DNA of 64,000 nucleotides from NCBI RefSeq assembly GCF_018977255.1, contig NW_024704743.1, positions 4,466,001 through 4,530,000 of the forward strand, written 5' to 3'. The position numbers and the translations under genes were made by a program. Numbering within the stretch: position 1 is the stretch's first letter; every line of letters starts with the position of its first letter. The notes below the pieces were generated by a model. That model was not told the origin of the DNA, ran no database searches, and saw nothing but the letters and a program-made list of their open reading frames with translations. The stretch is from Callorhinchus milii (taxonomy: Eukaryota). Positions 1-10,376 of the stretch are shown here, one piece after another.

Positions 1-434
1 AATTGGCCGACAAAGCCCATTTCTCCCCACAACTGAACAGTCAGAGTTCGTCTACCAGTTGATTCAGATGAACTCACTCGTTGATTCTCACGCTGCCTGA
101 TAGAAACTGCTCGACCTTTCCTCTCGTGACTGCTGTAACGCCACACAGCCAAACTCCGAGATTCCCCTCGCGAGGGAACGAGTTGCCAAATCTTCGTCGC
201 GCCACTCCACTGGCGCAGTGACAGTGCCCTTCCCCACCATCCGACGACGCACTAATCTCTTAATTAAGTGAATGAAGTGCCAACTGTAAGCAACCGTGTG
301 GCACTCTGTGATACAGCCTGGTCTTGCTTTTCACCCTCGGGAAGATGAGGAACGAACCGATTAATTGAGAGAGCCATACAATTAATTGTATTGTGTTGTA
401 TCAGACCAAACTCTGATCCTCTGCCATTGCTGAT

Positions 435-687
435 GATAATAATAATAATAATAACCCTCGCATTTGATATAGAGCCTTATCACATCTTCAGAGCGCTTCA
501 CAGAACATACCGTAAAGTGTAGTGACCGTATTTCAATAATATTCCTTTCATTTGATACAGCGCTTTTTCACATCTTCGAGACGTCTCAAAGCGCTTCACA
601 GAATAGGCTGTGAAGTGAATTGACTGTATATTTGCGGGAGAAATGCGGCAGCCGATTGCGCACGGCAGCGTCCCCGCAAACAGTCGA
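435..687 (-). mobile_element. Two nested SINE 3' tail fragments
   Basis: Reverse complement of the family tail ...GAAGCGCTTTGAGACGTC...ATCAAATGCAAGGA(TTA)n occurs twice. Confidence 0.8.
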
Positions 688-1749
688 TACTCTCCATCAG
701 GAGTCACTGGAATGAAGATTAGGTGAGGCGCACCTGGTGATATTTTGCTCCGCTGCAGCTACGTTGCGCTGAAAACCAGCTGCGTGTTAACATCAGCTAA
801 TCTGCCATAAACTGCCGTAACCTTCCCTTCCGAACATTCTGTTCACATTAAATTGGCTTCGGTTTAGTTCATTTGACAAATTAAAACTCGCTGTCGCTGA
901 ACTCGGCCCTAGAAATCCCCCGCCCCAAAATCTCAGCTTGTTTTAAGCTTACAACCCTTTTACACGCACCATCCTACCACAAATTCTGTGGCGTTCCCCT
1001 TTTTTTTAGAAAAAAACAAAATATGCACATCCACTGCACTAGGTGGCAGTTTAATCTACAAGTTAACGCAGCGTGGGTTCCTTTTAATAGAACAGCAATG
1101 CGTCCATTATAATCCATTCTTTCCAATTAATTTGCTCATTTCCACATTATCCTCCTCCGTCATTGCTTTTAAAAAAGAAGAGGAACCGTTCTCTTGCTGT
1201 TAGAGGATAATCCTGATTTCCCTTGGATGTTTTCAATAGCACGAGGTGATAGAAATTTACAGCGCAGAAGGAGACAATTCAGCCCATTGTCTAGACTCGG
1301 CGAAAGAGCTATCGATTATCTTGCCTTCCGCCCCCCCCCACAACCTCTTTTTCTATCGTTTCTTTTTACTGTACCTCCGATATATGCGACTCCCTACTTA
1401 AAATAATAACAAGAATTATCTTCCCTGTGTTTGATAACCACGTCGTTGAGACGTCTCAAAGTGCTTCACGGAATGTGCTGTAAAGTGGGTTGACTGTGTA
1501 TTCCGTGGGCTAATGGTGGCACCAAACTGCGTACAGCTAACGTGGATTTTTTTTATTCAACAACCCTCCGTATAAAAATAATCCTCCGAACCTTTCCCTT
1601 TGCTCTTTTGGAAATGACCTTACATCCGTGCCCACCCTTTACTGACTCGTTCCCTCCTCGCTGTATCAAAACTCCTCGTGGTTTTATACAACTCTATCAA
1701 GTCTCCTCTACCCCACCCCTCCCACTCCCACCAAGGGATTTGGACAAAC

Positions 1750-1897
1750 TGGAGGGCGGGGAGGGTAGGGGTAGGAGGGCGAACAAAGGCGCGGTCGAAG
1801 AAGAAGGTCTTGAGACGGGCTTTGAAGGAGGCGAGGGAGGGAACGGGGCAAAGGGCCTGTGGGATGGGGTTCCCAGAGGATGGGGGCAGAGACCGCC
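1750..1897 (-). mobile_element. L2 LINE 3' fragment (ORF2 C-terminus)
   Basis: Minus strand encodes FKARLKTFFFDRAF-like L2 ORF2 C-terminal motif; similar to other L2 copies here. Confidence 0.75.
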
Positions 1898-2216
1898 AAT
1901 GTATAGGATAAACTATTTTGAGTACAGTGTCTTAAATGAGTCCTTGTCTCAACCACCTAATCCACCTACTGTTATCCCCTGTGTGTAAAGTGCCCTTCAC
2001 AATCCCGCAATATTTCCTCTTGTCTTACGAATACACCTTTGTTACCCTTTTACAGCCATATATTATCTTTTCTCTCCAAACACAGATACAGTCCCCTCCC
2101 TCTCTCAGTGACATTTCTTTGGCCGGACACACAGGGAAACACCTCACCACTTCAGTGAATCCAAAACCCAACTACCGAGAGTTTCCACTCGCGCGTGGAA
2201 ATGTCCCTGTGTCTGG

Positions 2217-2586
2217 AATATAATAATAATAATCTTTGCCTTTGATACAGCGCCTCATCGCGTCTTCGAGACGTCTCAAAGCGCCTCACAGGATATACTG
2301 TGAAGCGAATTGACTGCGCATTTTGTGGGCGAAACGCGGCAGCCGATTGCGCACAGCAGCGTCCCCGCAAACAGACGTGGATTGAAGTGACCGAATTCTT
2401 ATTTATTTTTAGGGATTATTATCCCCAGAAAAGCGTTCAGCCAATCGACTAACAACCGGGTTCCTACTCACTGCTCGGTAAACAGAGGCGTGCGGAGTGA
2501 GGAACCTTGCCCAACATTTCGCCCTGCCCGGGAATCGAACCCACTTGCGAGGCGAGTGCTCTAACCACTGAGCTACAGGACACCAC
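2217..2586 (-). mobile_element. tRNA-derived SINE, long subfamily
   Basis: Pol III A box (TAGCTCAGTGG) and B box (GGTTCGATTCC) on the minus strand, central ACGCCTCTGTTTAC...AGTAGGAACCCGGTTGTTAGTCGATTGG block, L2-like tail and (TTA)n. Confidence 0.9.
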
Positions 2587-2820
2587 GGGAACGGAGTGCA
2601 AGATCTCTCCCTCGAGGGGCACACCCCACCCTCCTCACCTACCCTCAGGAAGTCTAAGGCGCAGGAAGTCTAAGACGCTTAAGGTCTACTGGCGTGACTG
2701 CTGCCGACAGAAAAACGGGAACAGGAAGAGGCCATTCAGCCCATCAAACCTGGTTCCGCCAGATATTTTATTAATAATAATAATCCTTGCAATCCTTGCG
2801 CCTTATCACGTCGGAAGGAG

Positions 2821-2926
2821 GGACTGTTGGCCAGGACACCTTCTCTTTTCAAATAGCGCCATGGGACCTCTACCTACCTGAACAGGCAGACAGGGCCTCG
2901 GTTTAACGTCTCATCCGAAGGACAGG
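2821..2926 (-). mobile_element. Deu-domain-like SINE fragment
   Basis: Reverse complement of TTCGGATGAGACGTTAAACCGAGGCCCTGTCTGCCTGTTCAGG...CCCATGGCGCTATTTGAAAAGAG, resembling the DeuSINE central domain. Confidence 0.7.
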
Positions 2927-3104
2927 TTAATCCCGATGCCCCGCCTTTTTGCTGCAGCGCCTATACCCATCTACCACGCAAGTATCTGTCCTTCTCTCTT
3001 TCAAACATCTCTCTCGATTCCATCTCTACGGCTTTCTGGGGTAGAGCGTTCCACAATTTTGTCTTAAGCCTTTGTGCGAAGGGTTACTCTCTCGCGTACG
3101 TGTG

Positions 3105-3818
3105 TCAACCCGACCCAGCGGGAGCACTCCCCCCTCTGAATCGGAAGCTTGCGGGTTCAAGCCCCACGTCAGGAACTGGAATCACATCGTCGACGCTGAT
3201 GTTCCAATAATAATAATAATAATCCTTGCATTTGATATAGCGCTTTTCACGTCGGGAGGACGTCACAAAGCGTTTCACAGAACACACTGTAAAGTGAATC
3301 GACTGCATATTTGTGGGCGAACGCGGCAGCCAATTGCGCACAGCAATGTCCCACAAACAGTCGTGGATTTAAAATGACCAATTTATTATTGTTTTTGGTT
3401 TTGGAGGGATTATTATTAGGCTCTGTGTGGAGTAAGGAAACTTGCCCAAGGTTTCGCCCTCTGCCTGGAATTGAACTCGGGTCTCTCACTTGCAAAGCGA
3501 GTGCTCTAACCACTGAGCTACAGGACTCCACGATGCGGCGTTGGGGGGTGGCGGGGAGGGGGGGGGGGGGGTTTGCGTTGTCGGGAGGTGTTGAAGATCC
3601 TGTGGCATGTTTCTCCCAGAGATAAAAGACAAACGAGAAAAAATCAAATGGGTCCCTTACTCCGTAGCCCGTTTGTGGCACACTGCTGTGCGCAGTTGGC
3701 TGCCGCATTTTGCCCACACAATATACAGTCACTACACTTCACAGTATATCTTGTGAAGCGCTTTGAGACGTCTCGATAACGTGAGAAGGCGCTGTATTAA
3801 ATGTAAGGATTGTTACTA
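3105..3818 (+). mobile_element. Deu-like SINE (+) interrupted by a younger SINE
   Basis: Head at 3105-3205 (GGGTTCAAGCCCCAC B box); body and tail resume at 3532-3818 after the insertion. Confidence 0.65.
3206..3531 (-). mobile_element. tRNA-derived SINE, short young subfamily
   Basis: Full head-to-tail copy nearly identical to 16823-17147, 35660-35987 and 55484-55810. Confidence 0.92.
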
Positions 3819-4055
3819 CATCTATATACATATGTTGCTCCTCTGTCTCCCCCACAGACAGTCTCGTACATATCATTCCACGCACAAAATACGCAGTCAA
3901 TCCGCTTTACGCTGTATCCTGCGAAGCACTTTGAGAGATGTCCTGACAACACAATGAGGCGCTGTGTCGAAATCAAGGATTATTATTAATATATTCTTCT
4001 TCTGTCTCACCCACGCAGTCTCTCACAGACATTGCTCCTCTCTATCTCAAACACA

Positions 4056-4327
4056 GGAGTCCTGTAGCGCGGCGGTTAGAGCACTCGCCTCGCCAAGCGA
4101 GAGGACCTGGGTGCGATTCCCGGGCAGGTAATAATAATTCGGTCACTTCAATCCACGGCTGTTTGTGGGGGGGTGACGCTGCTGTGCGCAATTGGCTGCC
4201 GCGTTTCGCCCGCGAAATATACAGTCGATTCACTTTACGATGTATCGTACAAAGCGCTTTGAGACGTCTCGACGACGTGATAAGGCGCTGTATCGAATGC
4301 AAGGATTATTATTATTATTATTGTTAC
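4056..4327 (+). mobile_element. tRNA-derived SINE with internal deletion
   Basis: Head GGAGTCCTGTAGC...GATTCCCGGGCAGG joined directly to the 3' half; tail ends in (TTA)n. Confidence 0.85.
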
Positions 4328-4469
4328 TGCAATGTATGTGTCTCGGGCTCCTGCTCGCTCGCTCTCTCTAGTGACCGGACACGTGCCACGCTCTCTCTCT
4401 CTCTCTCTCACTGTGCACACGCTGGCCACAGACTGGCAAGAACTCGCGGGCATGAGCTGTGGCTGTACC

Positions 4470-4488
4470 ACTGAGCTCCTCTCTGTCC

Positions 4489-4531
<43 letters not shown>

Positions 4532-5712
4532 ACAGATACAGGCACTGAGCTCCTCTCTGTCTGTCTGTTTGTCTCACACACACACAGACACAGGCACTGA
4601 GCTCTCTCTCACACACAGGCACTGAGCTCTCTCTATCTCTCTCTCTCACACACACACACAGGCACTGAGCTCTCTCTCTCTCTCACACAGACACAGGCAC
4701 TGAGCTCTCTCTCTCTCTCACACACAGACACAGGCACTGAGCTCTCTCTCTCTCTCACACACACACAGGCACTGAGCTCTCTCTCTCTCACACAGACACA
4801 GAGCTCTCTCACACACACAGACACAGAGCTCTCCCACACACACAGACACTGAGCTCTCTCTCTCTCACACAGACACAGAGCTCTCTCACACACACAGACA
4901 CAGAGCTCTCTCACACACACAGACACAGAGCTCTCTCACACACACAGACACAGAGCTCTCCCACACACACAGACACTGAGCTCTCTCTCTCTCACACAGA
5001 CACAGAGCTCTCTCACACACACAGACACTGAGCTCTCTCACACACACAGACACTGAGCTCTCTCTCTCACACACAGACACAGGCACTGAGCTCTCTCTCT
5101 CTCTCTCACACACACAGACACAGGCACTGAGCTCTATCTCTCTCTCTCTCACACATACACAGACACTGAGCTCCTGTCTGTCTGTCTGACACACAGACAC
5201 AGAGCTCTCTCTCTCACACACACAGACACTGAGCTCTCTCTCACACACACACAGACACTGAGCTCTCTCTCACACACACAGACACTGAGCTCTCTCTCTC
5301 ACACACACAGACACAGAGCTCTCTCTCTCACACACACAGACACTGAGCTCTCTCTCTCACACACACAGACACTGAGCTCTCTCTCTCACACACACAGACA
5401 CTGAGCTCTCTCTCTCACACACAGACACTGAGCTCTCTCTCTCACACACAGACACTGAGCTCTCTCTCTCACACACAGACACTGAGCTCTCTCTCTCACA
5501 CACAGACACTGAGCTCTCTCTCTCTCTCTCTCACACACAGACACTGAGCTCTCTCTCACACACAGACACTGAGCTCTCTCTCACACACACAGACACTGAG
5601 CTCTCTCTCTCACACACACAGACACTGAGCTCTCTCTCTCACGCACAGACACTGAGCTCTCTCTCTCACACACAGACACTGAGCTCTCTCTCTCACACAC
5701 ACAGACACTGAG

Positions 5713-5744
<32 letters not shown>

Positions 5745-5827
5745 GGCACTGAGCTCTCTCTCTCTCGCTCTCTCACACAGACACTGAGCTCTCTCTCTCT
5801 CTCACACACACACACACAGACACTGAG

Positions 5828-5858
<31 letters not shown>

Positions 5859-6416
5859 TGAGCTCTCTCTCTCTCACACACACACACAGACACTGAGCTC
5901 TCTCTCTCTCACACACACACACTGAGCTCTCTCTCACACACACACACAGGCACTGAGCTCTCTCTCTCTCACACACACACACACAGACACTTGGAGCTCT
6001 CTCTCACACACACACACACAGAGGCACTGAGCTCTCTCTCTCTTTCTCTCACACACAGACACAGGCACTGAGCTCTCTCTCTCTTTCTCTCACACACAGA
6101 CACAGGCACTGAGCTCTCTCTCTCTCTCTCACACACACAGGCACTGAGCTCTCTCTCTCTCTCTCACACACACAGACACTGAGCTCTCTCTCTCTTTCTC
6201 TCACACACAGACACAGGCACTGAGCTCTCTCTCTCTCTCTCTCACACACACAGACACTGAGCTCTCTCTCTCTTTCTCTCACACACAGACACAGGCACTG
6301 AGCTCTCTCTCTCTCTCTCACACACACAGACACTGAGCTTCTGTCTGTCTGTCTGTCTGTCTGACACACAGACACTGAGCTCTCTCTCTCACACACAGAC
6401 ACAGACACTGAGCTCC

Positions 6417-6453
<37 letters not shown>

Positions 6454-6580
6454 GACACACAGACACTGAGCTCTCTCACACACACAGACACTGAGCTCTC
6501 TCTCTCACACACACAGACACTGAGCTCTCTCTCACACACACAGACACTGAGCTCTCTCTCTCTCACACACAGACACTGAG

Positions 6581-6619
<39 letters not shown>

Positions 6620-6765
6620 ACAGGCACTGAGCTCTCTCTCTCACACACACACACACAGGCACTGAGCTCTCTCTCTCACACACACACACACAGGCACTGA
6701 GCTCTCTCTCTCACACACACACACACAGGCACTGAGCTCTCTCTCTCTCACACACAGACACTGAG

Positions 6766-6803
<38 letters not shown>

Positions 6804-6950
6804 CACTGAGCTCTCTCTCTCTCACACACAGACACTGAGCTCTCTCTCTCTTTCTCTCACACACAGACACTGAGCTCTCTCTCTCTTTCTCTCACACACA
6901 GACACAGGCACTGAGCTCTCTCTCTCACACACAGACACTGAGCTCCTCCC
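4470..6950. repeat. Compound minisatellite, unit ACTGAG-(CT)n-(CA)n-GAC/GGC (~25-40 bp)
   Basis: Dozens of tandem units with a fixed CACTGAGCTC anchor and variable CT and CA dinucleotide runs, with interspersed (CTGT)n blocks. Confidence 0.95.
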
Positions 6951-6957
6951 TCCCTCT

Positions 6958-6993
<36 letters not shown>

Positions 6994-7027
6994 GACAGAC
7001 AGACAGACAGCAGTGGGACATGGCGCT

Positions 7028-7775
7028 GGAGTGAGGAGAGAGGGAGGAGAGAGAGAGAGAGGGAGTGAGGAGAGAGAGGGAGTGAGGAGAGAGGGGGAGT
7101 GAGGACAGAGAGGGAGTGAGGAGAGAGAGGGAGTGAGGAGAGAGAGAGAGAGAGGGAGTGAGGAGAGACAGAGAGAGAGGGAGTGAGGAGAGAGAGAGAG
7201 AGAGGGAGTGAGGAGAGAGGGGGGAGAGGGGGAGTGAGGAGAGAGAGAAGGAGTGAGGAGAGAGAAAGAGAGGAAAGAGAGAGGGAGGAGAAAGGGAGCG
7301 AGGAGAGAGAGAGGAGTGAGGAGAGAGAGTGAGAGGGAGAGAGGGAGTGAGGAGAGAGAGTGAGAGGAGTGAGGAGAGAGAGTGAGAGGAGAGAGGGAGT
7401 GAGGAGAGAGAGTGAGAGGAGTGAGGAGAGAGAGTGAGAGGAGAGAGGGAGTGAGGAGAGAGAGTGAGAGGGAGAGAGTGAGGAGAGAGGGAGTGAGAGG
7501 GAGGAAGGAGAGAGGGAGAGAGTGAGAGAGAGGGAGTGAGGAGAGAGAGGGGGGAGTGAGGAGAGAGAGGGGGAGTGAGGAGAGAGGGAGTGAGAGGGAG
7601 GAAGGAGAGAGGGAGAGAGTGAGAGAGAGGGAGGAGAGAGAGGGGAGTGAGGAGAGAGAGGGGGGAGTGAGGAGAGAGAGGGGGGAGTGAGGAGAGAGAG
7701 GGGGGAGTGAGGAGAGAGAGGGGGGAGTGAGGAGAGAGGGGGAGTGAGGAGAGAGAGGGGGAGTGAGGGGGAGTG
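7028..7775 (+). repeat. Polypurine low-complexity tract (GAGTGAGGAGAGAGAGGG-type units)
   Basis: Almost only G/A on the + strand; near-perfect 20-mer GGAGAGAGAGGGGGGAGTGA tandem at ~7650-7760. Confidence 0.95.
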
Positions 7776-7875
7776 AGTGGTGGAGGGGGGAGTGCAGTGC
7801 AGTGCCGCGCAGTGCTGTGTGAGGGGGTAACACCGTCTCAGGTTAACGATGGCTGTGCCTCACCACCGTGTGAAC

Positions 7876-7906
<31 letters not shown>

Positions 7907-8000
7907 CGCTGTTTGGGCTTCGGACGCACAAAGAGGAGGAGGAGAAGAAGGAGAGAGGGAGTGTGTGAGAGAGGGAGAGGGAGAGAGAGAGAGAGAGAGA
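7776..8000 (+). promoter_or_regulatory. Putative DIP2C proximal promoter/5' UTR with (GA)n tracts and a uORF
   Basis: Short unique GC-rich stretch directly 5' of the ATG, containing (GA)n runs and an ATG at 7849. The TSS cannot be determined from sequence. Confidence 0.5.
7849..7881 (+). other. Upstream ORF MAVPHHRVNC*
   Basis: aacgATGG (A at -3, G at +4), then GCT GTG CCT CAC CAC CGT GTG AAC TGC TGA; ends 119 nt before the DIP2C ATG. Confidence 0.45.
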
Positions 8001-8085
8001 ATGGCGGACCGGAGCCTTGACAGTGTGGCTCTCCCTCTGGATGTCAGGGCGAGGCTGGCGGAGCTGGACCTGGAGTTATCTGAAG
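8001..8085 (+). CDS. DIP2C: First coding exon of disco-interacting protein 2 homolog C (N-terminal DMAP1-binding domain start)
   Basis: ATG at 8001 in strong Kozak context (agaATGG). Translation MADRSLDSVALPLDVRARLAELDLELSE+G closely matches the vertebrate DIP2C N-terminus as I recall it (MADRSLEGMALPLEVRARLAELELELSEG). 85 nt (28 codons + 1 nt) followed by the donor GAAG|GTAAAA. Confidence 0.93.
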
Positions 8086-8096
8086 GTAAAAGCACA

Positions 8097-9285
8097 TTTT
8101 TCTTTTTCTTCTTCTTCTTCTTCTTCTTCTTCTTCTCTCTCCCCCTCTCCCTCCCCTTTCCCTCTCTTCTCCCTCTCTTCTCTCCCTCCTCTCCCCCTCT
8201 TCTCTCCCTCCTCTCCCTCTCTTCTCCCTCCTCTCCCTCTCTTCTCTCCTTCTTTTCTCTCCCTCTCTTCTCCCTCCCCTTTCCCTCTCTTCTCCCTCTC
8301 CCTCTCTTCTCCCTCTCTTCTCTCCCTCTCTTCTTCCTCTCTTCTCTCCCTCTCCCTCCTCTCCCTCTCTTCTCTCCCTCCTCTCTCTCTCTCTCTCTTC
8401 TCCCTCTCCCTCTCTTCTTCTCTCCCCCTCTCTCTCTCTTCTCCCTCTCCCTCTCTTCTTCTCTCCCTCTCCTTTCCCTCTTCTCTCCCTCTCTTCTCTC
8501 TCTCCCTCTCTTCTCTCCCTCTCCCTCCTCTCTTCTCTTCCTCCTCTCCCCCTCTTCTCTCCCTCTTCTCCCTCTCTCCTGCCTCTCCTCTCCCTCTCTT
8601 CTCTCCCTCCTCTTTCTCTCTCTCTCTCTCTTCTCCCTCTCTTCTTCTCTCCCTCTCCTTTCCCTCTCTTCTCTCCCTCTCTTCTCCCTCCTCTCCCTCT
8701 CTTCTCCCTCTCTTCTCTCCCTCCTCTCCCCCTCTCCCCTTTCCCTCTCCTCTCCCTCCTCTCCCCTCTCCCCCTCTCCCTCCTCTCCTCTCCTCTCCCC
8801 CTCTCCCTCCTCTCCCCTCTCCCCCTCTCTTCTCTCCCTCTCCCCTCTCCTCTCTTCTCTCTCCCCTCCCTCCTCTCTTCTCTTCCTCCTCTACCCCTCT
8901 CCCTCCTCTCCCCCTTTCCCCCTCTCTTCTCTCCCTCTCCCCCTCTTCCTCTCTTCTCTCTCTCCCTCCCTCCTCTCTTCTCTTCCCCTCTCCCCCTCTC
9001 CTCCTCTCCCCCTCCCCCTCTCTTCTCTCCCCCTCTTCCTCTCTTCTCTCTCTCCCTCCCTCCTCTCTTCTCTTCCTCCTCTCCCCCTCTCCCTCTCTCC
9101 TCTCTCTCCTCCTCCCCCTACTCTCCCTCTTGGATTTTATCCTCCCTTTCCTTTCCTTTCCTTTTCCTTTTCCTTTCCTTCCCCACTTTCCCTTCTTCTC
9201 TGCTCAATCCACATGGTTTCCTGCCTCTGCCCTCGTTTCTTCCCCATCTCTCTCTCTCTCTCTCCCTCTCCCCCTCTCTCTCTCT
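8097..9285 (+). repeat. Polypyrimidine low-complexity tract, starting with (TTC)n then CTCTCC/CTCTT units
   Basis: Almost only C/T on the + strand, beginning ~11 nt after the splice donor. Confidence 0.95.
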
Positions 9286-9399
9286 GTGTTGTGTGTGTGT
9301 TGTGTGTGTTTTTTTGTTGCATCTCTGTGTATGCAATACATGTTTAAATAATAATTAATATTTGCCAGAGGTCTGTGTTTGCTGTGTTTCATAAATACA

Positions 9400-9549
9400 C
9401 ACACACACACAGAGTAACAGACATTAATTGTGTGTGTGTGTGTGTGTGTCTGTATGTGTATGAAACACAGCAACATAGACACTGAAATTATTATTAATAT
9501 TATTATTAAAAAATCTATGATATATACACACACACACACAGACTCAGTG

Positions 9550-9582
<33 letters not shown>

Positions 9583-9721
9583 GAGAGTAACATGTACTCC
9601 CCGGTTTAATTGTGTGTGTGTGTGTGTGTCTGTATGTGTATGAAACACAGCAACACAGACACTGAAATTATTATTATTATTAAAAAATCTATGATATATA
9701 TATATATACACACACTCAGTG

Positions 9722-9763
<42 letters not shown>

Positions 9764-9850
9764 ACATGTACTCCCCAGTTTAATTGTGTGTGTGTGTGTA
9801 TGTATGAAATGGAGCAACATACACTGAACAATTATTATTAAAATATCTAT

Positions 9851-9881
<31 letters not shown>

Positions 9882-10060
9882 TAACAGATAATCCCCAATT
9901 TCATTGTGTGTGTGTGTGTCTATATATGTATGAAACAACAACACAGACACTCAAAAAATATTATTATTAAAATATATATTATATAGACACACACACACAC
10001 ACAGAATAACAGATAATTCCCAGTTTAATTGTGTGTGTATGTGTATGTGTATATATATGT
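9400..10060. repeat. Tandem repeat of ~120-175 bp units built from (CA)n, (TG)n, (TTA)n, (TA)n around fixed anchors
   Basis: Recurring anchors GAGTAACA...TTAATTGTGTG, TATGAAACACAGCAACACAGACACTGAAATTATT; about 4 units plus a partial one. Confidence 0.85.
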
Positions 10061-10343
10061 GTGTTATCCATCCAAGGTACAGTGTTAATGATACAGTGTC
10101 TGCTTTCAGCTGACACTTCATTTAAGATTGATGGCCAAGGAGGTGGAAAAATAATATTTTTTTTCTTCCAGGGCTGGGCTATGGCTTTGCCCTATTCCTC
10201 CCTGTTAACGGTTTCAAACAGGGAAAGGATTTTGTTTTATTGGGGGGTGGGGTGGGGGGGGTGGGGTTGTGGCTGCTGCTGTGAGTGTTGTTGTACAAGA
10301 TATGATTTTATTGCAATTTATACCACCCCCCCCCACCCCTCCA

Positions 10344-10376
<33 letters not shown>

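Noticed and set aside
4470..6950. Regularly spaced constant motif resembling a CRISPR array, plus Cys/Val/Arg/Glu-rich ORFs
   Set aside because: The 'spacers' are only CT/CA dinucleotide runs, there are no cas genes, and the context is eukaryotic. The ORFs are repeat translations.
7020..7034. Mini-uORF ATG GCG CTG GAG TGA
   Set aside because: About 1 kb upstream of the CDS between two repeat tracts; no evidence it is transcribed.
6925..7833. 302-aa minus-strand ORF
   Set aside because: Translation of the polypurine repeat; no protein-like complexity.
7773..9347. 524-aa ORF (and overlapping 444-aa ORF 8017-9351)
   Set aside because: Only 8001-8085 is real coding sequence. The remainder is a C/T tract that cannot contain stop codons and gives poly-L/S/P/F; a GT donor at 8086 marks the exon end.
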